The notes below the pieces were generated by a model. It had not been told where the DNA came from. It was given only the letters and a program-made list of their open reading frames with translations, and did no database searches. This document shows, one piece after another, positions 8,755 through 17,035 of a DNA stretch of 64,000 nt; position 1 is the first letter of the stretch, and the number at the start of each line of letters is the position of its first letter. Source of the stretch: Bacteroidia bacterium (lineage in GTDB: Bacteria > Bacteroidota > Bacteroidia > Flavobacteriales > Flavobacteriaceae). The position numbers were made by a program, and so were the translations under genes. The stretch lies in contig JAUIDI010000011.1 in the NCBI GenBank assembly GCA_030428705.1, positions 26,574 through 90,573 on the forward strand, written 5' to 3'.

Positions 8755-10441
8755 AAAACCTTGGTGGCCGTTGCAGAAGTACTCTGTGTGTATGATATCG
8801 ACCCGGTTAGGTTGTTTTTACGCAGCCTTCGGGAGAACCGGTCTTGGTTGGATTTGCTGACAAATAATGGTTATGTAGCCTTGGAAGGCATCCATAATGG
8901 TTCTTAAAATGCCAATGGAGGGTCTCCTTCCCCCTTTCTTAAGGTACTTTTTCAGATTGAAGGCTATTGCCGCCATGAGCATGACCTTATGTGCACCGGC
9001 CTTGCCCAGTACGCCTATTTTTCTCAGACCGTAGAACTGGGTCAAGCTACCGAATACGGGCTCCACGGTACTTTGTCTCAGGTTTTTCATTCGTTTGCCC
9101 CTTTCACTGTGCTGTCGGGCGTAGGCCCTCAAGTATTGTTCATCATAGATCGTTCTGGTGATTTTTTTGCATTTGGTATTCGGCACACATTGGGATTTCA
9201 TGGGACAGGCCTTGCAGTCCCTCGGTGCTGCCCAATAGCATTTGAGTACGCTACCGTCCCGGTTGGTTCGGAATCCCTTGAAGGGCAGGGGCCTGTTCAT
9301 CGGGCAACTGTATTCGTCCTTTTCCCTGTTGTATGGAAAACCGTCTATCTTGGGTTTGTATTTCCCGAAAACGGGTATCCATCCGGTGACCTTCCCCTGT
9401 TCGAGAAAATCGTAGTTGGAGCCATTGGAATAACCTGCGTCCGCCAGGATATCGGTCATTATCAGCTCGTTCTTCCTTAAACGGTCCTGCACCTTTAGGC
9501 TGATATCCTTCAAGTACTGGCTGTCCCTACCGTCGGCAAAGTCGGCCTGGATATTCGAGATGACCCCTTCCGCGGTATCCACCGCCATACTACAGTGGTA
9601 GTTCAGCTTTCTGGCCTTGCCCGGCTTGACCGATATACGGGCATCCGGATCGTGGGGGTTGTAGTGTGTCTTGTTGCTCAGCAGGCGCGCCTTCTTGTGG
9701 GACGCGCCGACCAGTTGTACCGGACTGTCCCGTAGATTTCGGTGGTGCTTCTCCACGCGCTTCAGCTCATGCTCGGGAGCGGAGATTTGTACGGGGGATA
9801 TGGTTCCCCCGTGCTTTTTGGTAGTTTCCCGATTTTCTTCCGACACTTTTTTCAAGTGGTACTCCATAGGGGTGGCCGGCATTTTCGGCACTACGCTTTC
9901 CATGGACGCATTTGCCTTTATCGGGGCCGAATCCACTGCTTGGGTGTGTCCGGATACCATCCCGCTGTCGACGCACAGGGTGAATACCTTGTTGAACAAA
10001 GTCACAAAAAGGGATTCCGGGTAAAGTTGCCTCGTCCTACTTATCGTTGAATGCCATGGCAGCTCCTCGTCGAGGTCATAGCCCAGAAAGTAGAGCACGT
10101 CCATTCGCATGCCGCAGTGTTCCACCAGTTTCCGGTCGGAAGTGATGTTCTCAAGGTATCCGGTGATCAACAGCTTGAAGAAGACCACGGGGTCTATCGA
10201 GGGGTTACCTGTACTTCCATATAGTTCCTTTGTATCCTTATAAATAAAACTCAGGTCGAGCGTTTCGCGGAGCTTCCTGTAAAGGTTATCCTTTGGGATC
10301 CGGTCCGACAACTGAAAGCTGAGGAACAGTTTTTCGGTATAGTTCTTTTTGCCTTGCATACCCTTAATTTACGGATTTCCGCTCATTGGCAGAAGCAAGA
10401 ATTGATGTTTATCGGAGTTGTGCAACAGCCACCTTGGTTTT
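8755..10441 (-). mobile_element. IS1182-family insertion sequence (~1.69 kb)
   Basis: Imperfect terminal inverted repeats: left AAAACCTTGGTGGCCGTTGCA (8755-8775), right reverse-complement AAAACCAAGGTGGCTGTTGCA (10421-10441). They enclose a single 513-aa transposase ORF. The interior is visibly GC-richer than the flanks. Confidence 0.75.
8818..10359 (-). CDS. IS1182-family DDE transposase
   Basis: N-terminal IDPVVFFKLLITGYLENITSDRKLVEHCGMRMDVLYFLGYDLDEELPWHSTISRTR (DUF772-type). Cys-rich insert CPMNR..CKACPMKSQC. C-terminal VEPVFGSLTQFYGLRKIGVLGKAGAHKVMLMAAIAFNLKK. Confidence 0.85.
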   Translation of the reverse strand: MQGKKNYTEKLFLSFQLSDRIPKDNLYRKLRETLDLSFIYKDTKELYGSTGNPSIDPVVFFKLLITGYLENITSDRKLVEHCGMRMDVLYFLGYDLDEELPWHSTISRTRQLYPESLFVTLFNKVFTLCVDSGMVSGHTQAVDSAPIKANASMESVVPKMPATPMEYHLKKVSEENRETTKKHGGTISPVQISAPEHELKRVEKHHRNLRDSPVQLVGASHKKARLLSNKTHYNPHDPDARISVKPGKARKLNYHCSMAVDTAEGVISNIQADFADGRDSQYLKDISLKVQDRLRKNELIMTDILADAGYSNGSNYDFLEQGKVTGWIPVFGKYKPKIDGFPYNREKDEYSCPMNRPLPFKGFRTNRDGSVLKCYWAAPRDCKACPMKSQCVPNTKCKKITRTIYDEQYLRAYARQHSERGKRMKNLRQSTVEPVFGSLTQFYGLRKIGVLGKAGAHKVMLMAAIAFNLKKYLKKGGRRPSIGILRTIMDAFQGYITIICQQIQPRPVLPKAA

Positions 10442-10606
10442 ATGGGACAATCATAACATTTTAAGATTTATAGAAGAGGTGGAATAAAAAGACAAATGTC
10501 TCCCAGTATAGTTACAAACAGAATGCTCTACGGTTTGCTTATTCAAAGTACCAGCCATTTGTTTTGCCCTCTTGTTAAACACAGTAAATTTTTTATTAAT
10601 ACTAGT

Positions 10607-11245
10607 TTAAACAACGTCAACATTATGTGAAGATTTAAACATTTGATAGCCTATAATTCCGCACCATAAATAAATCGTTCCCAAAAATAAGCGCTGCCAC
10701 AAGCCGGAGGTCGTGTAGGATTCAATCGAGGTTATCAATGCCATTAAAAAACCCATTGCCAACAATCCTGAAATCACAGAATAAATCCAAAAGCTTCGCA
10801 TTCGGGGATAATTTCTAAATGAAATTCCAAGCAGCAGAATGCCGATAACAACCAATAAAAATATTGAACCTGAAATTTTATCATGAATCAAATTCTCCAA
10901 AGAACCTTCACGGGGACATCCCATATCGCAAGAAAAGTTGCCAGCCACAACCATTCCAAGTCCGAACACTATTATTAAGTTTGAGCCAATGCTAGCAATA
11001 AGAGATTTTGGAAGTAGCATTATAAGTGAAATGCCAAAAACTGCTATCATCAGACCTGAAGGAATGAATCCGATCCAATTCATGATATTTGCATTACCTG
11101 TGCCCGTTGCACCGAGTTCACTTATGAACTGAGAAAGATGGTTATAGTGAGGACGAAGACTTGCGCAAATCAGGGTTACTGTTGTAAACCAAACAGGACC
11201 AATAATCCCTCCTAATAGGAGATACTTTAACGTAGACTTATTCAT
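10607..11245 (-). CDS. DUF998 domain membrane protein
   Basis: Six hydrophobic segments; GPVWFTTVTLICASLRPHYNHLSQFISELGATG resembles the DUF998 N-terminal signature. Confidence 0.65.
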   Translation of the reverse strand: MNKSTLKYLLLGGIIGPVWFTTVTLICASLRPHYNHLSQFISELGATGTGNANIMNWIGFIPSGLMIAVFGISLIMLLPKSLIASIGSNLIIVFGLGMVVAGNFSCDMGCPREGSLENLIHDKISGSIFLLVVIGILLLGISFRNYPRMRSFWIYSVISGLLAMGFLMALITSIESYTTSGLWQRLFLGTIYLWCGIIGYQMFKSSHNVDVV

Positions 11246-11278
11246 AGTTATATCAATCGGTTTAGATTTTTTTGACCT

Positions 11279-12601
11279 TCAATTGGACTTAAAAGGTTTC
11301 AGAAAATGTTGATATGCATATTCGCCAATTTTTGCGCCAAGCGCAAACCCTTCTTCTGAGTCATAGCGAAAATGTATCCCGAGATAAACCCTTGACATGG
11401 CTGCTTCCATTCCTGCCTGGGAAAAGCTGGTAAATGAACGCTCTGGTGGATCCATTTTAATTTTGCCAGAAAAGGGCCCCGCCTTATCTACTTCTTCGGT
11501 ATTCATTGTAAAACTGTAATTGTCCCCTGTTCCTAAAGTATTTGCCAATACAGTCATTGCAGCTGCACTTGCAGTGCCGTGTGCTGACGGATATGATGGG
11601 AACGCGTAGGTATGTTTGTGCAAATTATTCCATTCAGGGTCGGGTTCCGTATTTGGATTTTCATCATTCCCGGCCCAACGGATCGCCGTATAAGGACGCC
11701 AGTGATTGTAATAAAACTTATTGTCAAAAACATTGATATAGGCATCATAGATGGTCATGTTCAACAATGCAAAAACCCGTGCCGTTTCCCATAAGTTTAG
11801 ATTATCCCTGATAACGAGCTGTCTTGCCAGTCGGTTGTGCGAGTTTTCTACAAAATCCTTCCACCACATTGCCAGATGGGCCTGATCTTTGGTTCTCACT
11901 TTACTCTGATAACTGCCATATTCCTTTACCTCATTAAATGCTTTGGTATATGCCGAACTACTTATTTCTGGTGGTGGTGGAGAACGGAATTGATCCTGAC
12001 TTCGGAGCATAAATGGCTTGGCCTTAGCCCAACCGGCACCAAAAATAAATCCTTCCGGAGTTCCACTGTGTTCATTGAATTCTGCGTACACTCCGGGTGC
12101 CATAGGATGCCAAGTGTATTCCGCCTCACCATCATGATGGTCATTAGCTCTTTTTTTTAGAATTTCGGAAGCTGCCCTCTTGCCGAGCCGAACCCCTTTT
12201 TTTTTAGCTTTTTTATCATGTACCCTACCAAGTTGCCTAGATAGTAGAACATCCATTTGTTTCTTGTAATTTGGATATTGATCGAAGGCTACTTCGTACC
12301 CGGCTTGTGCCACTGCTGCCCAAGGGTCTGCATCAGGAACTTTTGACTGGTAGCCATAGGGACTATATTTAGGAATAATTGCGTTAAGCGCGTCATGCAT
12401 GGCAATATGAACCATAGCCGCTGTACGTACCCCTTTTAATGTTAAAAGTCCATCTTCTTCTATAGCGATTTCAAATACTTTTTTATTCCATTCGGTAATC
12501 GATTCACTACCTTTAACCATGGGCTCTTGAGACTTTGTAAAATAGGGCATACAGCTCAATACCAGAAAGAAGGAGTACTTTTTTATGATGTCAGAATACA
12601 T
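11279..12601 (-). CDS. vanadium-dependent haloperoxidase / PAP2-superfamily protein, secreted
   Basis: All three PAP2/VHPO motifs are present: K295-x6-RP (KFYYNHWRP), PSAHG (339-342), and SRVYLGIHFRYD (SRx5Hx3D). An N-terminal helical region AMVHIAMHDALNAI and a signal peptide are also present. Confidence 0.7.
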   Translation of the reverse strand: MYSDIIKKYSFFLVLSCMPYFTKSQEPMVKGSESITEWNKKVFEIAIEEDGLLTLKGVRTAAMVHIAMHDALNAIIPKYSPYGYQSKVPDADPWAAVAQAGYEVAFDQYPNYKKQMDVLLSRQLGRVHDKKAKKKGVRLGKRAASEILKKRANDHHDGEAEYTWHPMAPGVYAEFNEHSGTPEGFIFGAGWAKAKPFMLRSQDQFRSPPPPEISSSAYTKAFNEVKEYGSYQSKVRTKDQAHLAMWWKDFVENSHNRLARQLVIRDNLNLWETARVFALLNMTIYDAYINVFDNKFYYNHWRPYTAIRWAGNDENPNTEPDPEWNNLHKHTYAFPSYPSAHGTASAAAMTVLANTLGTGDNYSFTMNTEEVDKAGPFSGKIKMDPPERSFTSFSQAGMEAAMSRVYLGIHFRYDSEEGFALGAKIGEYAYQHFLKPFKSN

Positions 12602-12656
12602 AATATTAAATAGTTTAGTAAAGATTATTGGCTTTAAATAAACAGCTTGAACTTCG

Positions 12657-13895
12657 TCAATAAGACCACTCTTCCGTATATTCCATTGATGTTATATCAG
12701 AAAAAAGGATCACGTTTGCCAAGGTGGGATAATAATCTTCCGAGTAGGTGTAATCATACGTCAGCTCATTACTATACCTGATACCGTTACCGTCTTGTTC
12801 TGTTTTTTTTATTTTAGTAATATTATTTTGGCTTTGCCAGTAGAAGGGCCCAAAATTGATGGTCTCCAGGCCGGTTTCAAAACTGCTGACGTAAAAACTA
12901 TCAAAGCCAAACTGTTCTTTTATAATGGTGTAGTATGGATTAACATTTTTATCGTATTCATATTCCAACTGAAGACTGAATACGAACCCGTCGGGAGAGT
13001 CTAATTCAACCGTAATTTTACCGATGTTTTCACCAATCCATTCCACATCGATTTTTTTGGAAATGGTGCCACTATCAGTAACGCTGCCTATTTGGATCTG
13101 GACTAACTTTGGAGCATTTGTATCCACTATACTTACCTTATCTTCATAGATAAAAGTGGCTACTTCATCCAATTTTGTTATGCCATTCACTAGAATCTCA
13201 TGAAAAATTTTTGTCAATGATCCATATGGGTTTTCATATTCAAGCATCCAACCTTCCGATTTTCCAATGGAAAATTCACCAACTGTTTCCTGCATGCCTT
13301 CTTTTGAATAGTCATATCGGAAAGCCGATTCTATACTCCTATTGCTACTTTCCAATTTTTCCGTTGTGGTAGCATATTTAAGATTCCAACTGTCCTGATT
13401 GCTATCTTCAAGCTTAATAAGATGCCCATCATCTGAATATTCAAAGTACTTGTCGGTAGTACTGATGGCATGCCGTCTTAAAAATACAAAGGGAGGCGTC
13501 TGTACGCGAAAGGATGATACCGTACTGCTTGTCGAAGCTCCCGTAGGATCTTTGGCCACTACTTTCCATTGATATTCTTTGTCAAAATCCAAAATAATAT
13601 CACTGGCATAAGAAGTGGCGCTCAGACCTTCTGCCAATAAGGGAAAAGGTGCACCATCACCTTGCTTTCCTAGATATACGTCATAATTAACCTTGTCTCC
13701 TTCATCATCAATGGCTTCTTCCCAGCTAAAAGTGGGCATTCTGGGGGTATTATCTTCATCAGCTTGTGGCAAAAGCAGATTGAAAGTTTGTGGAGCACTA
13801 TTTTTAAGTGCTAAGGGTTTATCTTCGCCTTTACTGCAATTTGTTAGCAGTATTAATAGAATGGGCATTACGCCTAGTACATCTGTATATTTCAT
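12657..13895 (-). CDS. lipoprotein with N-terminal FN3/Ig-like domain, function unknown
   Basis: ATG at 13895 gives MKYTDVLGVMPILLILLTNCSKG (lipobox). The longer track ORF (to 14093) would overlap the upstream Kelch gene. The N-terminal domain is paralogous to that of the neighbouring gene. Confidence 0.7.
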   Translation of the reverse strand: MKYTDVLGVMPILLILLTNCSKGEDKPLALKNSAPQTFNLLLPQADEDNTPRMPTFSWEEAIDDEGDKVNYDVYLGKQGDGAPFPLLAEGLSATSYASDIILDFDKEYQWKVVAKDPTGASTSSTVSSFRVQTPPFVFLRRHAISTTDKYFEYSDDGHLIKLEDSNQDSWNLKYATTTEKLESSNRSIESAFRYDYSKEGMQETVGEFSIGKSEGWMLEYENPYGSLTKIFHEILVNGITKLDEVATFIYEDKVSIVDTNAPKLVQIQIGSVTDSGTISKKIDVEWIGENIGKITVELDSPDGFVFSLQLEYEYDKNVNPYYTIIKEQFGFDSFYVSSFETGLETINFGPFYWQSQNNITKIKKTEQDGNGIRYSNELTYDYTYSEDYYPTLANVILFSDITSMEYTEEWSY

Positions 13896-13902
13896 AACTG
13901 TT

Positions 13903-15171
13903 CTAATTTTCAAATTGATGATAATCAATGGTCCATACTTCATTGCTTGCACTACCGCCAAGAATCCAAATTTTATTTTTAAAGAAAAGTGCCGTAAATC
14001 CGCTCTTGACGGGAAAGGAATTATCGGGTGTGGCATCGATCCAGTCCCTACCATCTTCTGAATACCAGATATCATTTTCGGCACCGCCACCAATCACCCA
14101 GATCTTGTCATTAAAGACCAGGGCCTTATGAAAGCCCCGAGGCGAAAATTCCGCATGGGTGGTTACCTCATTCCAAGAAATGCCGTCGGTACTGTTCCAG
14201 ACATCGTTTTTGAAATCCCCGTTATCGTCTATACCCCCGATCACCCATAATTTATCCTTGAAGGCGACCGTCTGGTGAAAATTCCGTTTGCCAAATTCGG
14301 CCAGCTCTGTCGTTCTGGTCCAAGTTGCACCATCTGAAGAAGCATACACATCCCCTAATTTGCCCGAATTATTGGATCCCCCAATGATCCACATGTTATT
14401 GTCGTACGAAGTAAGGGTATGTTCCGCACGCTCCGGAAAACCTATATTTTGATTTAAATTTGTCCATTTCCCTCCGTTATCACTATACCATATATCCGAA
14501 GCAAAAGCCCCTTCCGCAACACCTCCGGCCACCCACAGTTTATCCTCAAAAACAGTAGCTGCATGAAAAAACCTTGGGGTGAACCGTTCTTCGGAACCAA
14601 CGATTAATAATGACCACTTGTTCCCATCCGGACTCTCCCACGGTGAGCCGGTGGCCTCTCCCTCATCGAAACCGCCCAAGACCCACATTTTTTGATCAAA
14701 GACAAATGATGCATGGTTTTCTATGCGATAAAAAGGGGTCTCAGCGTCCAACTTTTTGGCATCGTCCAAGGGTTTTACCTTGAATTTAAAAATGGGCGAG
14801 CTGGTTTCACCGTCTTTTCCATCCTTGGCCACTACTTTCCAATAATAGTCCATTGCCAATGACAAAGCCATATTAGCTTCCAAAATGAAGGTAGTGCTGG
14901 TAATGTTCTCTGCAACCTTGTTCATTGGTTCGATAACTGTGTCCAGATATAGGTCATAGGTAATGGGGTCACCGTCAGGATCCAAAGTCGATTCCCATTC
15001 AAAAAGGGGGATAGGCGAGACATCCACAGATTTATCGGGCACCTCGACAAGTTTGAAGGAAGATGGTGGCATATTTATCGGGTCCGGATTTGGCTGGTCA
15101 ATACCGTCATCACCCCCGCAGGCAACCAGAAACAATGCTCCTACTAAAAAGATGAAATTACCTTTTTTCAT
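13903..15171 (-). CDS. Kelch-repeat (six-blade beta-propeller) lipoprotein with N-terminal FN3/Ig-like domain
   Basis: Lipobox LFLVACGGDD. Six repeats of the type xxHxxxVFxDKxWVxGG (e.g. RFFHAATVFEDKLWVAGG, RNFHQTVAFKDKLWVIGG). Confidence 0.8.
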   Translation of the reverse strand: MKKGNFIFLVGALFLVACGGDDGIDQPNPDPINMPPSSFKLVEVPDKSVDVSPIPLFEWESTLDPDGDPITYDLYLDTVIEPMNKVAENITSTTFILEANMALSLAMDYYWKVVAKDGKDGETSSPIFKFKVKPLDDAKKLDAETPFYRIENHASFVFDQKMWVLGGFDEGEATGSPWESPDGNKWSLLIVGSEERFTPRFFHAATVFEDKLWVAGGVAEGAFASDIWYSDNGGKWTNLNQNIGFPERAEHTLTSYDNNMWIIGGSNNSGKLGDVYASSDGATWTRTTELAEFGKRNFHQTVAFKDKLWVIGGIDDNGDFKNDVWNSTDGISWNEVTTHAEFSPRGFHKALVFNDKIWVIGGGAENDIWYSEDGRDWIDATPDNSFPVKSGFTALFFKNKIWILGGSASNEVWTIDYHQFEN

Positions 15172-15351
15172 ATTCTTGAATTTTGAATGGAAATAGCTTC
15201 AACCCTTCAAATTGGCGAGTTGTTTAGCCAGACCTGTTATCGCTCTCGTAATGTTTGCAAGTTCAGGCTTCTTTCCATTATCATAATGGCAAGATAACCA
15301 TGAAGTAGAGGAACGGATTTTCTCAAAAACTCAAAAAATGTGCTGTAAAGC

Positions 15352-16239
15352 TCAAATTTTTGAAGCCAGAACCCGCCTGCTTGGAAGTGATTGTCTAAAC
15401 TTATGTGGAGTTTGGTGGTATTTACCTTTGAAAGACTTGATAAAATGGGAAGTGTTCTCAAAACCAACGTCAAAAATGATTTCACTGATAGTCAGTTTAG
15501 TAGTTTCCAATAAATATTTGGCATATTCAAGTCTCTTATTTTTAAGCCATTTACCCGGAGTAGTAGCATACTTTTTTGAAAAATCCCTTTTAAAGGTTGC
15601 TAGGCTCCTGCCGCTGAGTTTGGCAAAATCCTCTAGGCTAATATTAAAAATGAAATTTTTTTCCATGACCCTTTCAAGCGGTATTTTTTCATTAAATGAT
15701 GTTTCGATAAAATAAGAGGTAAGGGCCGGGTTATGATTTTGGGTTACAATGTTTATAATTAGTTCCCTGAATTTTAATCCAAGAAGGTCTTTTGATGGCG
15801 GTGAGGCGAGAGTAAAATAATTCAGGACAGAATTAAAGTAATCCATTAAGGTCCTGTCAAAATTTAATGGTATAACCGAATCGGCAGGTTTTAATTCGGA
15901 ATTATTTTGATCGGGATGCAAATGGCCCTTTAGAACAGATCCAATAAAATCATTGGGCATAAAGATGATTAGGGCACAAAATTCCTCATCTAATTTTTTA
16001 TACATCCGATGAACCGCCTTCGTAAAGAAGGCGCCATCGCCGACCTTAAATATATATTCTTGCTTAGGAGTTTTCCATTTGGCTTCGCCCTTTGTGATAT
16101 AACAAAAATAATTTTTATCGGCACAATAATCAAAAGGTGAGACTTCTACTGGGCAGTCATAGGCCATAAACAATAGTTCGTCTATGGAGAACTGCCTGAA
16201 CGCAGGGTTGTTCTTTACAAAATTATGGAATTCGAGCAT
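15352..16239 (-). CDS. AraC family transcriptional regulator
   Basis: C-terminal double HTH: ISLEDFAKLSGRSLATFKRDFSKKYATTPGKWLKNKRLEYAKYLL..ISEIIFDVGFENTSHFIKSFKGKYHQTP. Confidence 0.85.
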   Translation of the reverse strand: MLEFHNFVKNNPAFRQFSIDELLFMAYDCPVEVSPFDYCADKNYFCYITKGEAKWKTPKQEYIFKVGDGAFFTKAVHRMYKKLDEEFCALIIFMPNDFIGSVLKGHLHPDQNNSELKPADSVIPLNFDRTLMDYFNSVLNYFTLASPPSKDLLGLKFRELIINIVTQNHNPALTSYFIETSFNEKIPLERVMEKNFIFNISLEDFAKLSGRSLATFKRDFSKKYATTPGKWLKNKRLEYAKYLLETTKLTISEIIFDVGFENTSHFIKSFKGKYHQTPHKFRQSLPSRRVLASKI

Positions 16240-16676
16240 GGTTGAGTGTAATTAACAATTTCATCAGATAGACGACCTATACCAAAAAACAATGTAGATT
16301 TATTGTGCTACTAACTTTCTATTATGAAGTTAGGAATTTTGAGACAAAAACGTATCTGACTTTGTAAAAAATAAAGTTTAGTCTTGTAAGACAACTATGA
16401 TAATCAGGCCATCAACAGTGCACATAGATTGACATGGTTTATTAAAATTGCCTCTTATTTCTTTTCAATTACAATTTGTGATTTTTAAGACATCCGATGA
16501 TGTTTTAGCCAAATAGTTTCTGTCCTATGAAATGGCCATTTTTCGGCACAGCGAGGATTAGCATTTTTAAAATCAATTACAGTACCATTTACCGTTCTTT
16601 TTAATAGTTCCGTTAATTCACCTTTTACGGGACCAAAATCTTTAACAGATAAATTTGAGTTCCGTCTTTGAATCTT

Positions 16677-16700
16677 GCGCCCTGTCGGGCGCTTTTCTGT
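16677..16700 (+). terminator. orphan intrinsic-terminator-like hairpin on the plus strand
   Basis: GCGCCC-tgtc-GGGCGC followed by TTTTCTGT. There is no plus-strand gene upstream, and it lies inside the dubious ORF 16485-16778. Confidence 0.45.
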
Positions 16701-16863
16701 GGATAGGGGGAAAGAAGACAAAAGTGAATTTAAGGGAGGACAGCGCAAAAAAGTTTTCTTATGCGGCAAATCAGCCAAAAAAAAACGTCAAAATGTTTTA
16801 GGTATGTTTTAGGAAGGGAATTAAAAAAGGCCCCCGATGTCTCGGAAGCCCTTTGTTTACTAG

Positions 16864-16936
<73 letters not shown>

Positions 16937-17035
16937 ATGTGGAGGGCAAATATACGACGGTTTTTTAGTTATTTCAAAAGATTACGTAAAGAATATTTTT
17001 AAGTCGATACCGCCAAAAAACCATATTATTGCATT

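Noticed and set aside
8989-10050. Plus-strand ORFs of 102-163 aa (8989-9480, 9671-10024, 9742-10050) and a minus-strand ORF at 9767-9976 within the IS
   Set aside because: They are antisense to, or out of frame with, the intact 513-aa transposase. Such ORFs are typical of a GC-richer segment and carry no motifs.
13896-14093. N-terminal extension of ORF 12657-14093 overlapping the Kelch gene
   Set aside because: The internal ATG at 13895 gives a canonical lipoprotein signal peptide and removes a 190-nt overlap with the upstream gene.
16485-16778. 97-aa minus-strand ORF next to the tRNA, as an integrase remnant or real gene
   Set aside because: It shows no recombinase motifs (no R..HxxR..Y pattern). 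Its N-terminal half is low-complexity, and it contains a terminator-like GC hairpin. It is kept only as part of the spacer finding.
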